Assembly: GCA_013265495.1 (NCBI GenBank)
Contig: MU061044.1
Span: 496,001 to 560,000 of the forward strand
Length of the DNA stretch: 64,000 bases
Direction of reading: 5' to 3'
From: Vicugna vicugna
Lineage: Eukaryota
In this document: one piece after another, positions 1-12,059 of the stretch
Position numbering within the stretch: the stretch's first letter is position 1
Layout: each line of letters starts with the position of its first letter
The notes under the pieces: model-generated
Seen by the model: the letters and a program-made list of their open reading frames with translations, nothing else
Told to the model about the DNA's origin: nothing
Databases searched by the model: none
Made by a program: the position numbers and the translations under genes

Positions 1-407
1 AAAACTTTTTATAGGTACCTTCAAGGAAAAGGGGCCTCTCCATCACCCCGGCTGAGAGCATAGGGCTCTCTCCTGCCCATAGGCTTTTAGACTTCCATCC
101 ACACTCCATTCCAGAGCTGTTCCCCTTTATGTGACTCCTGAATGACTGAGCAGCCAGTGGCTGGATCCCAAAGTGGGCAGCATCATGCCATAAGGTGACC
201 TCATCCCGCTGAATGCATAGTTTACATTGTGTTCAAGAAGAAAGCAGTAACTTTCATCAAAGGCTTTTGAGAATCACTGTGACTTATAATGAGTTGTCTA
301 ACTAGCATATAGCGTAACAGTTTTGCCCACAGCAGCGTCTACATTCATTTTCTGAGAGTTGAAAGGGATTTTCAAAGTGTTTAATTCCCTCTCCCCTCTA
401 ACATTCC

Positions 408-770
408 TTCTGTATTAGTCAGACTAGGCTAAGTTATGCTGCAGTAGCAAATAACACCTTAATCTTTCTCAGCGGCTTATTGGGGCAAAATTATTTCTCA
501 TTTATATTATGCATCCAGTACAGATTAGTATGGGGAACCTACTCATCACAGATACTCAGGGACCCAGGCTACAGGCTTCCACCCTATAATGCTGGCATCT
601 CAGCACAAGCAGGATGTGAGAGAGCATACAGAACTGTGCACTGGCTTTTAAGTGCTTCCACCTAAAGTAAGACATGATTCTTTCACTTATATTTCATTGG
701 TCAAAATAGTCACGTGGCCTTGCTGGGCTCCAGTGGGGGCAGGGAAGTGCAACTTTCCTGTGTTCCAAGG
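408..770 (-). mobile_element. Old MaLR LTR (MLT1K/L-like)
   Basis: TGTATTAGTCAG..GCTAAGTTATGCTGCAGTAGCAAATAAC terminus typical of MLT1; subfamily from memory. Confidence 0.5.
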
Positions 771-1187
771 AGAGGGAAACTAAAGGGAAGGAGCAATCAC
801 AAGGCCCACTGTACTTTCAAGTGCATAGCCCACTGAGAGTACTCTCGGGGGTTCAAAGTTCCTTGTTCATGTGATGAGATGAGCCCACCAAAGTGCGGAC
901 TTCGAACCATTCTGAATACATTCCACATCGAGCACCTTACTCACTAATTGTTTACTTATTCGATAACCTACTCTGCTGTGCTGAGCAGTGTGAGCGAAAG
1001 AAAAGGATGTATCTGTGCCTTTGCCCTCCCAAGATCCTGGATGGTGACTGGCCAAAGGCTTTGCTTAGAAATCTGGGACCCACTCCTCCATTCCTGTCGG
1101 TGGCTCCCAGGGGTCAGTAGCACCCTAGGTCCTCTTACTTGCCCTGCAGCTGTATTTATGTTTTTTTTTTAAAAAATGATTTCAACT

Positions 1188-1325
1188 CTTTTTTTTTTTT
1201 TTTGGTTTGGGAGTTAATTAGGTTTATTTATTTTAATTTTTTTAATGGAGGTACTGGGGATTGAGCCCAGGGCCTCGTGCATGCCAAGCACACGATCTAC
1301 CGCTGAGCTATTCCCCAGCTCCCCC
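1188..1325 (-). mobile_element. tRNA-derived SINE (camelid Vic-1-like)
   Basis: A box TAGCTCAGCGG, B-box-like GGGCTCAATCCCC, tail ACCTCCATTAAA..AAACCTAATT plus poly(A). Confidence 0.8.
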
Positions 1326-1761
1326 TCCCTGCCACTGTACTTAAATTGTTGTTCCCAATGGATTTCCATCAGTCATCAAGCAAAATAATAATCAATGACC
1401 CTCCCTCTTCTAGCAGCCTCTAGAACTTTCTTCTCCTTGGTCCTCTACAGTAGCTGTGTGGCCATAGAATTAGTGGAGGTCACAGGGGTCGCCAGCAGGT
1501 GCCCTCCCTTTACATTTGCTGGCAAAATTCTGTTCAGGCTTCAAGCCTCAGCTCAAATGTCACCTCCACTGGAAAGCTTCTCCATCCCTTCCAGCACCAT
1601 CCAAGACTCTGCCTCACCAAGATTCTGCCTCACCTTGATGTTTCTGTAGGCTCCATCTTTCTGTTAGTGATGTTAACACAGTCCCATGACTTGGTGTTGC
1701 AGTATATCTGCTTGCAAGTGTATCCACTCTACCGACTCAGTAGAGCACAAGGACTTCATCC

Positions 1762-2040
1762 ATCTTTTAACAACTTTACTGAGATATAATTTACACACCA
1801 TAGAGTTCACTGTTTTAAAGTGTGCAATTCAATAGTTTTTAGTATATTCATAGAATGTGTCACTATAATTGTTGAACACTTTCCTTATCCCCCAAAGAAA
1901 CCCTGTACTCATTAGCAATCACTCCCAATTCCTTCTACCCACCCGGTCCCTAACTCCGAGCCATAGGTAACCAGAGCTCTATTATTATTATTATTTTTTG
2001 TCTCTGTAGATGTGTCTGTTCTGGATATTTTACATGTTAC
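1762..2040 (-). mobile_element. L1 3' end fragment (L1MB-like)
   Basis: CTTTACTGAGATATAATTTACACACCATA..TTAAAGTGTGCAATTCAATAGTTTTTAGTATATTCA. Confidence 0.7.
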
Positions 2041-3505
2041 ATAATTTAAATGTTACCATAGTCATTTATTTTTTGTATAGCCTTTTATGACACTCAGTAG
2101 GTACTTAGAAAATATTCGGTCAGTAAATGGATGAACACATGCGAGACTGAGAAGCTGAGGAAGGATGGTAGAGGAGAAAGAATACTGGACTGAGAACCAG
2201 AAGACCTGCACTCTCGTTCTGATTCTGTCATGTATTTATGTGACCTGGGGAAAATTGTTTGAGTTTTCTGACTCTTAGCTTTCTAATCTGCAAAGGACAG
2301 CTAATAATATCCTGTGTATCTCAAAAGGTTATGGTGAATATCAAATGAGGAAATTCACCTGGAGGTATTTTGTATATGTGAGCATGCTGTACACATGTAA
2401 GAATAAGCAGTGTTTATTTTTTCTCATCCTTTGAAGTGCCTGTAATAACAGATCAATAATTACACCAGTGACAGAAGCAAGGTGGAATGGCAGGGCACCA
2501 GGCTAAGGGGGCCAACCTGCGGACACCCTCCCCTCATCTCTGCTCTTGGAATGACTGCAGCTAAGACAGGGAGAAGGACCAACAAAAGCCCAGGAATCCC
2601 ACATCTGTCACTGCCTAAGTCTCCTAGCCAAGCAGGGAGATAACAATCTTGCTCAGAGTAAGGATTTAATCAATTCACAGGAAGACAAATGATGATGTAA
2701 CTTTCTTTTATCGCTTGGAGTTCAGGAAATCCTAATTAGCATTTTCACCCCTTCTTTCCTGTAGGGCATTTCCATCAGTCAGAAGGAGGGAGGGAGTATT
2801 CAGATTTCAGGGTGAGGTCTTTACTGCCTCACCCTTCTCCATCCTGGTTCAGTGCTTTTCTCTCTATGTGTATAGGTTTAGGACAATTTGTAGGGGATGT
2901 GGGTGGGAATAGATTTACTTCTCAAATGTAAGATTCAAACTCTGCAGAAATAACATGATATACACACATGCATACATACATACACGACAGAGACGGCATG
3001 AGAGTAACAGAATAAACCCCCTACGTCTAATAAACAGTATTTAGTGGGGAAAGTAGCCTTGTAAATCAAAGTTTATCCTCAGAGGACCTTTTCTCCCACC
3101 CAATATTTTTGTAAAGGAAATTCTCCAAGTTCCAGAGAGCATGGAGATTATAGAGATTAGGAGAGCCTCTGGTCTTAATCTGCTCCAGGATGGAGTTTGG
3201 ATGAAAACATATGAATTTGGACTAAAGGATCAGCCCCACTTTCTCCAACCTCCCAAAGTCTGAGACTTGGAGCTTCCCCCGGGGGAAGGGGTGGTGAGCC
3301 AGTGAGCCAGGCCTCGCCCATCTGCTCCCACCAGGAGGCTTTTGGCACTGCCTTCCTAGTTGCCATCTTGTTTTTTCCTTCTCCTGACCATTTCATCAGT
3401 CCACTGCTCCCCACTCCCCTGCCCTCCCAGAGAAGGGTCACCTTCTTATCTTCTCTGCTCCTGTTTCAGCTCTTTCCCCCACAGCCACTGCTTTCCTCCA
3501 GCCCA

Positions 3506-3734
3506 TGATTTCTTAGCCTCAGCACTGTTGGCGTTTAGGGGTCATATGATCCTTTGCGATGGGGGGCTGTCCTGTGTACTGCAGGATGTTTAGCAGCATC
3601 CGTGGCCCATTCCACTACCTGTCAGTAGCACCTCCACCTCCCATCCCTCACCTCCCCAATTATGACAACTTAGAAGTTCTCCAGACACTGTCAGATGTCC
3701 CCTGGGGGCAAAACTGCCCCACTGAGAATTGCTG
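3506..3734 (-). mobile_element. MER20 (hAT-Charlie)
   Basis: GGGGGGCTGTCCTGTGTACTGCAGGATGTTTAGCAGCATCC..GATGTCCCCTGGGGGCAAAA matches the recalled MER20 consensus. Confidence 0.8.
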
Positions 3735-3804
3735 CTATAGTCCCTTCTACACCTGAAGCCTTTACCAGGTGGAAGACTAGGTTGTCCTTCATGTGTTTTA
3801 TGAA

Positions 3805-3981
3805 AATGCTTCTCAAATTTTAATACACACAAAAGTCACCTTGGGAGTTTTTACAACGCACATGCTGGTTCAGTAGTTTTGGGGGAAGGGTTTGGGGTCT
3901 CGCATTTCCAACATGCTCCCCGATACCCTATATATACCCTGTACCTGATCTGCTGGTGCAGACCACACTTTGAGTGGCAAG
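3805..3981. mobile_element. MER5-like hAT element
   Basis: CTTCTCAAATTTT..GCATTTCCAACATGCTCCCC..GACCACACTTTGAGT. Confidence 0.55.
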
Positions 3982-4959
3982 GCTCTATGTCATTGTGTCC
4001 TTGCGGCCCTGCGAGGACTTGGTTTTACAGATGAGGAAGCTGCGCTCAGAGAGGCTCACCGTGTTTTGGCCCCAGGTCTGCCTCCATGCGAAGCTCCTAC
4101 TCATAACAGCGATCTCGTTTGATATTGGGCCAAGGCCCTGGAGTTCTCTCCTTGCCCTGGCTTCCAGGGAAATCTTGCTACAGTGAGCTCAGCCAAGCCT
4201 GAGACTCAGGCCCGTATTTGCCTGGAATCTCCATATTATATTACGTCTCCCTTAAACAGAATGAGCTGCTTGGGATCCCAGGTGGATATCCCAGAACCTC
4301 CCAAGCTATATCCATGACCTCAGGCCTCTGCCCTAGCCTGCCCTGCTAACAGCTCATCCCTCCGCCCCCCTGCTGATCAGCAGACAGCTGGCCAGGATTG
4401 CACCCAACCTAGGGACTCATTTTTTGCTTCCAGCTTCCTGCCTTAGCTGTCTAGTCTCTCCAGCCCTTCCCCGCCTCCCCAGCACTCTTTGTCTTCTCTC
4501 TCACTCATACCTCTTGGCATCTTCTTCCCGTAGTAGTTAGGGATTGTTAGTAATGATCTAGACCCTGAAGGGAAAAGGTGGGTGTGACGCGGGCCCCTAC
4601 TTTGAACTAGAGGACAAGACTCAAGTCTTCCAGGAGCAAACGGCTCAAGCTTAATCTCCGTAGTGGCAGTGGCAGCAGGCCAGCCTGCCGGACGGGGATG
4701 ACAACAGGTGTTTGACTCGCTAAAGAAAATAAACAGCACTGTGTGTGTGATGGGGGCAAAGGGTGCTGGTGCCAGAGGGATTCAGGGTCTGCCGACTGGA
4801 GAGACTGGAAAGGGCTGTTCCTCCCAGGGTCCCCTGACCTTCCTCCTCCACCGAGTGGGAGAAAGTTACCCCGCCCCTCACATCATATTTCTAAGCCCAT
4901 CTCTTTGCCTGGACCCAGGTTTAAGGAAACTCTTAGAATGTTTGGGCAAGAAGGTAATT

Positions 4960-5282
4960 TAGAGCCGGGCTCTGCAAAGGGCCAGATAGTAAGTATTTTC
5001 GACCTTGTGGGCCAAATGGTCCCTGTCACAACTGCTCATCCCTGTCACTGTAACACAAACGCAGCCATAGACCACGTGTAAACAAACGGACGTGGCTGTG
5101 TCTGTATAAAAATGTTATTATGGACACTGCAATTTTAATTCCCATACTCTCATGAATCATGAAACACAAGTTCTTCTTTTGATTTTTCTTTTCAATCATT
5201 AAAAAAGGTAAAGACTGTTTTTCAGCCACCAGGCTAAGCCATTCTTAGCGTATTCTTGGCTTATAGTTTGCTAATTCCTCAT
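4960..5282 (+). mobile_element. MER58B (hAT-Charlie)
   Basis: AAAGGGCCAGATAGTAAGTATTTT..GCAGCCATAGAC..GGACACTG..TTCTTTTGATTTTT. Confidence 0.7.
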
Positions 5283-6318
5283 CCAGAGTTCAGGGTTTCT
5301 CAAAACGTGTTTCCCAAGGATGTGGTCAAATACTGGTGGGAAAGGCTGGGCTAAAGAAAGTTAAACACATGCTGACTCCCCCCACCCCACCAGGGCACTC
5401 TGAGTTTCCAAAAGAGGCTAGAACGTGCCAGGCTTCTCTGATTGACTGACCAGGAAATCCGTTGTTGCACGCACTGTCTTGCAGACACTCTTAGATTCCT
5501 AGATTCTGTGGGACATGCTCTGGGAACACTGCTCCAGTCTGCCCCTCATTTCACACACGGAAAACCTGAAGCCTGAGTGTCTTGCTAGCTGAACTCATGG
5601 CCTCGTCTCTTGATGGCACTGATGCTCCTGAAATGCCACAGCCCCGCATCCCTGGGTGATTCCTGGTGGAGCAGCAGCAGCCGAGGTGAGGCCACCAGCA
5701 GCCCGGAGCTGCCAGCTTTCCTGGCCACGCACACTACTTTCCTCTTTCTTCCTCGACCCAAGAAGGGGCACGTCTCGGTTAAGTGATTATACGCCTGGGT
5801 GGCTGCAGGTCAGGAAACACTCCCCAGATTCTTGTCCCTGATGGATTAAATAGGAGAAGCATTTCTCAGCTATCCTCGGCCTCTTGGTTACTGTTGTGTC
5901 ATTAACAGCGCTTAATTATTGAGTGATTTTGGCAGGAAGGAGACTAGTGAGCTGTGCACAGTGGTAATTGATGTATAAGTGTTTACAGAGTTTACAAAGC
6001 ACCTGTGTTGTTTTCCCATTTGCTCCTTACACCTGTCCTCCGGGGGTGGTGGGACAGTTTGCTGTTTGTTTGCTTGTCTTAATCTGAAAGATGCAGAAAC
6101 TGAGGTTCAGGAAACCTGCCCCTAGTCACACCGCCAGCGACAGAGCTAGAACTCAGAGCCAAGTCTCATCTCCTGTCAGGGGCTGCTTTCTCTCCCCATT
6201 GCCCCATTGTCTCGGAATGAACGGTGACTAGATAGTGAAGCAATTCTCTAGGAAAGCATGACAAATTTCCCTTGCTCCACCTCCCTCTTCTCCCTCCGCC
6301 CCTCTCCTGCAGCCCCCG

Positions 6319-6325
6319 TATAAAT
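6319..6325 (+). promoter_or_regulatory. IL24 TATA box
   Basis: TATAAAT about 25-30 nt upstream of the sequence matching the human transcript start. Confidence 0.75.
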
Positions 6326-6347
6326 GAATCTCCACAAAGCCTTGCTT

Positions 6348-6520
6348 GCCTGCGCACCGTTATCCTTGAAACATCTTCTGTAGCTGAAACAGGAACCTTC
6401 TGTCCACAGGTACACCTCTGATCGGTGAATGGTGTGGGTGCCTGCCCAACCTTCTTCCCCCACAGCCGGAGCCAGGCACCTCCAAACAGTAAACCCCCAG
6501 CATCACTTCAGGGAGCTGAG
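6348..6520 (+). other. IL24: IL24 exon 1 (5' UTR); start approximate
   Basis: Lies downstream of TATAAA (6319-6324), resembles the recalled human IL24 mRNA 5' end (CTTGCTTGCCTGC...CAGCATCACTT), and has a strong donor GAG|GTGAGT at 6520/6521. Confidence 0.75.
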
Positions 6521-6635
6521 GTGAGTGATGGGAGATTCCTGAGTACTTGGCTTTGAAGCATTAGACCGTCCACTGCCTTAGGGGGAATGGGGGCTGGGGG
6601 TGGCAGAAGTCACCTTTTCCGAGTGTTCATGGAAG

Positions 6636-6774
6636 GGTGAGCTATACTATGGAAGAGATGCTGCTTTCTCGGGTTTAACACCAAGAAGGACTTAGACTGG
6701 ATGAGAGGAAGGCCAGGAAGATCATGAGACCCAGAGATGAGTTTGTAGGAGAGGCTGCAAAGCCCGAGTGTGGG
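6636..6774 (+). other. IL24: IL24 exon 2 (non-coding here; homolog of the human first coding exon)
   Basis: Matches recalled human exon 2 (CTGCTTTC..TTTAACACCAAGAAG..GAGATGA..GAGGCTGCAAAGCC). Donor GG|GTATGA at 6774/6775. The acceptor at 6635 is weak and was inferred by homology. Confidence 0.65.
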
Positions 6775-7876
6775 GTATGAAAGAAGAGAACGGAAACACC
6801 GAGGGAGATGCTGAGCCCAGAGCTGCAAGACAGGACAGCGGGTGCTGGCCCAGGGCCCGCTTCTCTGGCCCGGGTGTTGGCAGGCACTCCAGAGACACGC
6901 CTGCTCCCGGCTTCCCGCCCAGTCTAGGGGTGGAAGGAAGCCTGAGCGTCTTCAGGTGTGAGACCAGTTCCTGGAAGAAGAAAGGGAGGCAGAGAGCGTG
7001 GCGGGGGATGGTGGGAGGCAAGAAGGAAGCAAGAAAAGCAAAGGGCAAAGAAGTCAGGGAGAAAGAATCTGCCCACAGCCATGCAGGCAGACGGATCGAC
7101 AGCAGGCTTCCTCTCCCCTAGCTTGGGGCTCCTCACACAGTCATTCAGAGGAAGGTTTTCAAGGTGATTCATCCAGAAATCTGATTCCTCCTCTTGCTCA
7201 GCTACCTGAAAGGTTAGCACTTAGAGTCAAGAGTGAGTCGGTCAGTTGAGGTGGCAGAGGGAGTGTATGACCAGAATCTGCCAGCTGCACCCTTCTCCGG
7301 GTGCCAGGATTAATCCTGGGGCTCTCTTCTGAGGAGGAGTCAGAGGTGGCCTTCTCCTGGGGGAGGGGACAAGACCTGCCCAAGTGTGCCCTGTGACTTA
7401 AGGGCAGGACTCAGACAAGCAAATGCTCATTAAGCTCTCTATCCTCCGGAGTTTGGGGCTCTGTCTGTGTGTTCTTTGGCATGTGATGAGTCCCCATTTC
7501 TTCACTCTTTTTGGTCAAATTCTGACTAGCAGGTTGTTGGCTATAGAGAAGTGTCCTGGAGCAAGGAAGGAGATGCAGGGTGTGTGTGTGGCGTGGCTGG
7601 GCGTGGGTGGGGGCGATGGGGGCAGAGAGTGAGTTAGCCAGATTGGTAGGTATGAGATTGAGGGGCAGAAAAACCCTTGCCCCACCCCAGAGCACCCCAG
7701 TCAGGCCATGCGTTTGTGACATTCTAACACCGGGAACCCACCCTAGTCTCAGGTTTCCCATCCTGTGCCCCCGAGGCGGGACGAGGCCGAGTACCCCTCC
7801 TGGGGCAGAGAGCTTGCGTCAGTGTGATGCCTCCCTGTCTCCCAGCAGGATCGTGCTGGTCCCTCCTTTGCTGCAC

Positions 7877-8047
7877 ATGGGCTTCCCGGTGCACGCGGCT
7901 GCCCTTCCCCGCCTGAGTCTGATCCTGCTTCTCTGGAGCTGCGGGCCCGGGGGCCAGAGCCAAGAATTGCAGTTTGGGCCCTGTCGAGTGGAGGGGGTAG
8001 TTCTCCAGAAACTGTGGGAGGCCTTCCGGGCTGTGAAGGACATTGTG
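7877..8047 (+). CDS. IL24: IL24 exon 3 coding part (signal peptide and mature N-terminus)
   Basis: ATG 7877, hydrophobic LSLILLLWS, donor GTG|GTGAGT; acceptor CAGCAG at 7843-7848. Confidence 0.93.
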
Positions 8048-11000
8048 GTGAGTGAAGTGCTGTCCTGGATCCAGCCGTGGGGGTGATTGTGGGTGGCAGG
8101 TACCATTTTAAGGAGCCCTTTGCAGCTTGCAAATCATTTTTCTATCTAAGAACATTGCGTAGTCAGAGATATCACAAGCCCACATTTCCTGCACGTGAGG
8201 AAACTGAGGCTTAGAGGGTGTGGGCAGTCTCTAGGAAGTAAAAACAGCCCACGGGGAATAAGGAAGGGAGCTTGATTCATCTGAGCATCATCTACATCCC
8301 AGCGGGACACGAGACTCCATCAGTGGGAAGTCATAGGAAGTCCTTGGAGACCCGCTGGAGTTTGCACCTACTGCTTTGCCAGCCTCTGCTAGTGTCTTCC
8401 CACCTGCCTTGGCTAAAGAACAGGAGAATGGTTAATGCAGCTTGGGATACGTACTCCTTAAAGGACAATCCAGATGCTCGGCAGAAAGAGGGAGCTTGAC
8501 AGGGCAGCCTGGGGAGAGGGGAGAGTGCTGCACTGGGGACCGGACGTCTACCCATGATCCTGACCTTGAAACCAGCTAGTATAGCAACCCCACCCCCGCC
8601 CCCATCCTTATTTGCACCATGAGGAGGTGGGACAAATGAGTTCTAAAGTTCCTTCCTCTCAAGGATTCTTTGACTCGAAATCCAAACACTGGGATGAGTG
8701 GCTGGGCTGCAGGGGCAGCCCCAAGGCCCAGCCTCCACCACCGCTCATGGAATATGGAGGTAAAATCCTGTCCTGAGTCATTCTTAAACCCAGTGGGCTT
8801 ATTTCTTCCTGCCGCAAATGACCAAAGGAATCAAACAGATCCAGCAGCAAAGCTCTAAGAATTCCTAGGATTCCTTTTGCCCCCAAAGGCCAAGAATAGT
8901 GATTTTCTGTGGCTGGAAACTTGTACCCCTGCCCCAGGGACCAGCTCAGCACGACCCTTCCTAGGTCCCCCGTCTGGCCTCAGGGATCTCGCAAGCTGGA
9001 TAGATTTAGTGGTCTGGGGAAGCAGCATGAAGCTGCAAGGCTGGTTTCTATGGTGACCCCCAACCTGGAGACATCTTTTCCTTCTGTTCCTGAAGCAAGC
9101 TCAGGATAACATCACGGGTGTCCGGCTGCTGCGGAAGGAGGTTCTACAGAACGTCTCGGTAATTGGACGCTGGGGAAGGACGGTGCCTCCCTCTGGGTGG
9201 CTGGTCTTCTGTGGGTGAGGCTGAGGCGTTGTCTAGGTTGACAGAAAATTTCACTTCCGCCCTGGGCTGAGCCCACGCAGGACGGGGCTGGGTAGTGAGC
9301 CAGAGAAGTGATGTCTGGGGTCATCAGCACAGTATCTGGGCCACGTAGTTACGTGAGTGTATGGCACAGGGAGAAGGGCAGGGATTAAGGCTTGTAAACA
9401 TCTGTCTCCATTTAGCAGACAGTTGTCATCAAACTTGCCTTCTCTTCGGCCTGTGTCAGCCCAGTGGGCGTCTGTTAGGCCTCTTCCATGCCCCTCCTTT
9501 TTTCTCACCCGTCCCTCCTCACCCATCTAGGTAGTTGGTGAGCACAAACGACTGAGCCCTCATCCCTTAGAGATGCTGAAGTTCTCTCTGCGGCACCGCA
9601 GGGGGCCAGCGTGCGATCCCCATGCTCCAGGGGGTTTTCTGTTCCCCCCAGGTCCTGTCCCTGCCACCTCTCAACCACCAAGTTCTAGTGCTTTTCATCA
9701 GCCCCCACAGCTATGAGAGAGGCCGTGTAGTGCAGAAGGAAGAATACGGACCAGATAGGGAGGCAGGAGTGCTGGGAGCTGGGCTTGTGTCTGCCACTGA
9801 CCAGCCATGGGACCCTGGGCCTGTCCCTCCCCTCTGGGGCTGAGTCCTCCTGGCAAACAAAAGCGCCTGAAGGCTCCTTCAGATCTAACGTGTTTCAGCA
9901 TCTCCTAGAAGATCCCTGCCCCGCTGTGGTTATCTTGCTTTGCATGGCTTGTGGGTTGTTCAAAGCAGTGCCAGGGTGGGCAGTGGCCTGGGCTCTGCAG
10001 TGACCCCGCCCCTCCCCAGGAGGCTGAAAGCTGCTACCTCATCCACGCCCTGCTGAAGTTCTACTTGGACACCGTCTTTCGAAACTACCGCCGTAAGGCA
10101 GCAGAGTTCAGGATCCTGAGGTCATTGTCTACTCTGGCCAACAATTTTATTGTCATCGTGTCAAAACTGCAACTCAGTGTGAGTAGAACAAATCTGGGAC
10201 CGGGGCCCACAGGAAACACTGTGTTTTCAGAAGACTCCTCCCTTATCTGGTCCTGGCTTTTATTCCATGACAAGGGGCTGCAGGTGTCCTGGAAAGGAGC
10301 ACAGGCTCTGGACATCAGCAGTTCTGGGTTCAAGTCCAGGTCTTCTTCTAACCAACTGGGTGGGTGTCCCTTTGCGAGGGGGGGGACATCTCCCTGGGCT
10401 GAAGTTTTCTTATCTATAAAATGCAGATGATCACCCCTACCTGGCAAGATTGCTGTAAGAATTAAAGGAGGCAGTCCCTGCCAGACGGTGGGAGGTGAGC
10501 ATTGGCTGCCTTGAGGATGTGAGGTTTACATCTGTCCTCTTAGGCTGTGGGATGCCCTCTGGCATCACTAGGAAGGAGTGGGAGGGGGCTTGCCTCTGCT
10601 CCCAGCCAACACTTGGGGCAATATTTTTTTCTGTTATCTAGCAGGAAAATAAGATGTTTTCCACCAGGGAAAGTGCACGCAAGAGGTTTCTGCTGTTCCA
10701 GCGAGCATTTAAACAGGTAATCAAGGCCTGGACTGAGAGCTGCCCAGCCAGAAGGACATTAGCCTGAATTGTCACATGAGGCTGCCTCAGGGACCTAATG
10801 CAGAATTCAATTCAGGTGGCACCACCTGGCCTGCCCCAGAGCCATCTGACTTAGCAGGAGGGCAGCTACATCTGCACAAATTGACATATCGTTTGCGTAA
10901 ATACCACAAATGACATGGCCTAGCCTCCTGCCAATTTCAGATTAAAATGCTCTCATATTTCCCTACATGATGGTTTCACTAGCAGGGACATTGAGGGTAG

Positions 11001-11690
11001 GCAAAGGCAGTCAGATGAGAGCGAAAAAGAAGGGAGACACCCCACAACCACGACAGACATCTGCAGTATTTTTCATAATGCTCAAACAGTCTAGTTTGTG
11101 AAAAAGAATTATGGGAATTATATTGCCTTTTCCCAAATTGAGACAACAAAAAAATTCAAATCTCATCCTCAGATCCCCCCAAAACATACACAGTTTTGAT
11201 CGGTTTTTTGATTACCAGCTTATAAACAAATTGTGAAGAGCAGTGACATATAAGGGAAGGGGGCCACCTGGGCCTCAGTTTCCTCATCTGCATGGTGGAT
11301 TCAGGAGGTAGACCAGATCCACCCGATGCTGGGGTTTGGTTATTCCTGTTGTCAGGGACTCCAGATACTTTTCCCATGTTCCTTATCTGCTGCTACTCAC
11401 TGGCCCATTTGTCATCATCCCCCGACACTTCAAACGAAGCAGACAACACACATAGACAGGGAACAATTGATGGGTAGGTGACGTCATCAGAGGCCATCCC
11501 ATAGGGGATGCAGCCCACGATTTGGAGTCAGGCAGGGTTCAGGGGTTGGATGGAAACCTATTCTTGTGGCTAACGTGACAGATCTTCAACTATCTTTTCC
11601 CTTTAGTTGGACAGAGAAGCTGCTGTGACCAAAGCCTTTGGAGAAGTGGACATTCTTTTGACCTGGATGGAGAAATTCCAACAGCTCTGA
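7877..11690 (+). CDS. IL24: Interleukin-24, spliced CDS: 7877-8047, 9096-9158, 10020-10178, 10642-10716, 11607-11690 (183 aa)
   Basis: Five phase-0 GT-AG exons join to MGFPVHAAALPRLSLILLLWSCGPGGQSQELQFGPC...QAQDNITGVRLL...EAESCYLIHALLKFYL...QENKMFSTRESARKRFLLF...LDREAAVTKAFGEVDILLTWMEKFQQL*. It has the IL-10-family GEVDILL motif, the same exon sizes as human IL24, and synteny with FCMR. Confidence 0.97.
9096..9158 (+). CDS. IL24: IL24 exon 4 (QAQDNITGVRLLRKEVLQNVS)
   Basis: 63 nt, pyrimidine tract plus AG acceptor, GTAATT donor; two N-glycosylation sequons (NIT, NVS). Confidence 0.96.
10020..10178 (+). CDS. IL24: IL24 exon 5
   Basis: 159 nt, EAESCYLIHALLKFYLDTVF...LANNFIVIVSKLQLS; CCCCAG acceptor, GTGAGT donor. 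Confidence 0.97.
10290..10480 (+). mobile_element. MIR
   Basis: GGAGCACAGGCTCTGGA..CTGGGTTCAAGTCC..TCTATAAAATG..TGTAAGAATTAAA. Confidence 0.65.
10642..10716 (+). CDS. IL24: IL24 exon 6
   Basis: 75 nt, QENKMFSTRESARKRFLLFQRAFKQ; TAG acceptor, GTAATC donor. Confidence 0.96.
11607..11690 (+). CDS. IL24: IL24 exon 7 coding part
   Basis: LDREAAVTKAFGEVDILLTWMEKFQQL followed by TGA at 11688-11690. Confidence 0.97.
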   Translation: MDREAAVTKAFGEVDILLTWMEKFQQL

Positions 11691-11891
11691 ACGCCTCCAC
11701 CAAGATACCGTCCTTGGCCTCCGTGCCATTTCAAACGAGCATCCCTTTCTGTGATTTTCGCTGGGCACCCTACACCCTTGACCATGAATCCCATTCCATT
11801 CCTGGCCCAGGCTTATCCTCAAAGACTTCATCCTTTAAGTTACAGGAGGTTCCCTCAGACGCTGTAAATATTCCACAAAGCAGATTCCTGT

Positions 11892-11949
11892 ATTTATTAC
11901 AACTCTATTTAACTCCTATCAGTGTTTTAACTGATGCCATATTTATTTA
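11892..11949 (+). promoter_or_regulatory. IL24 3' UTR AU-rich elements (4 ATTTA pentamers)
   Basis: ATTTA at 11892, 11907, 11941 and 11945. ARE-driven instability is established for IL24 mRNA. Confidence 0.75.
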
Positions 11950-12059
11950 TCAGACTGAAAGTTCTGTGAAGGCAGCAAGGACAGCGCCCCATGCTTCTCT
12001 CTTACCCTTCACAACCCTTGCCACCATGTGGGGCAGTGATGGATGCTCCTTAAATGCTT

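Noticed and set aside
1260-1320. tRNA-like sequences (also near 41200, 42630 and 60210)
   Set aside because: These are SINE heads followed by SINE-specific tails, with no complete cloverleaf; not tRNA genes.
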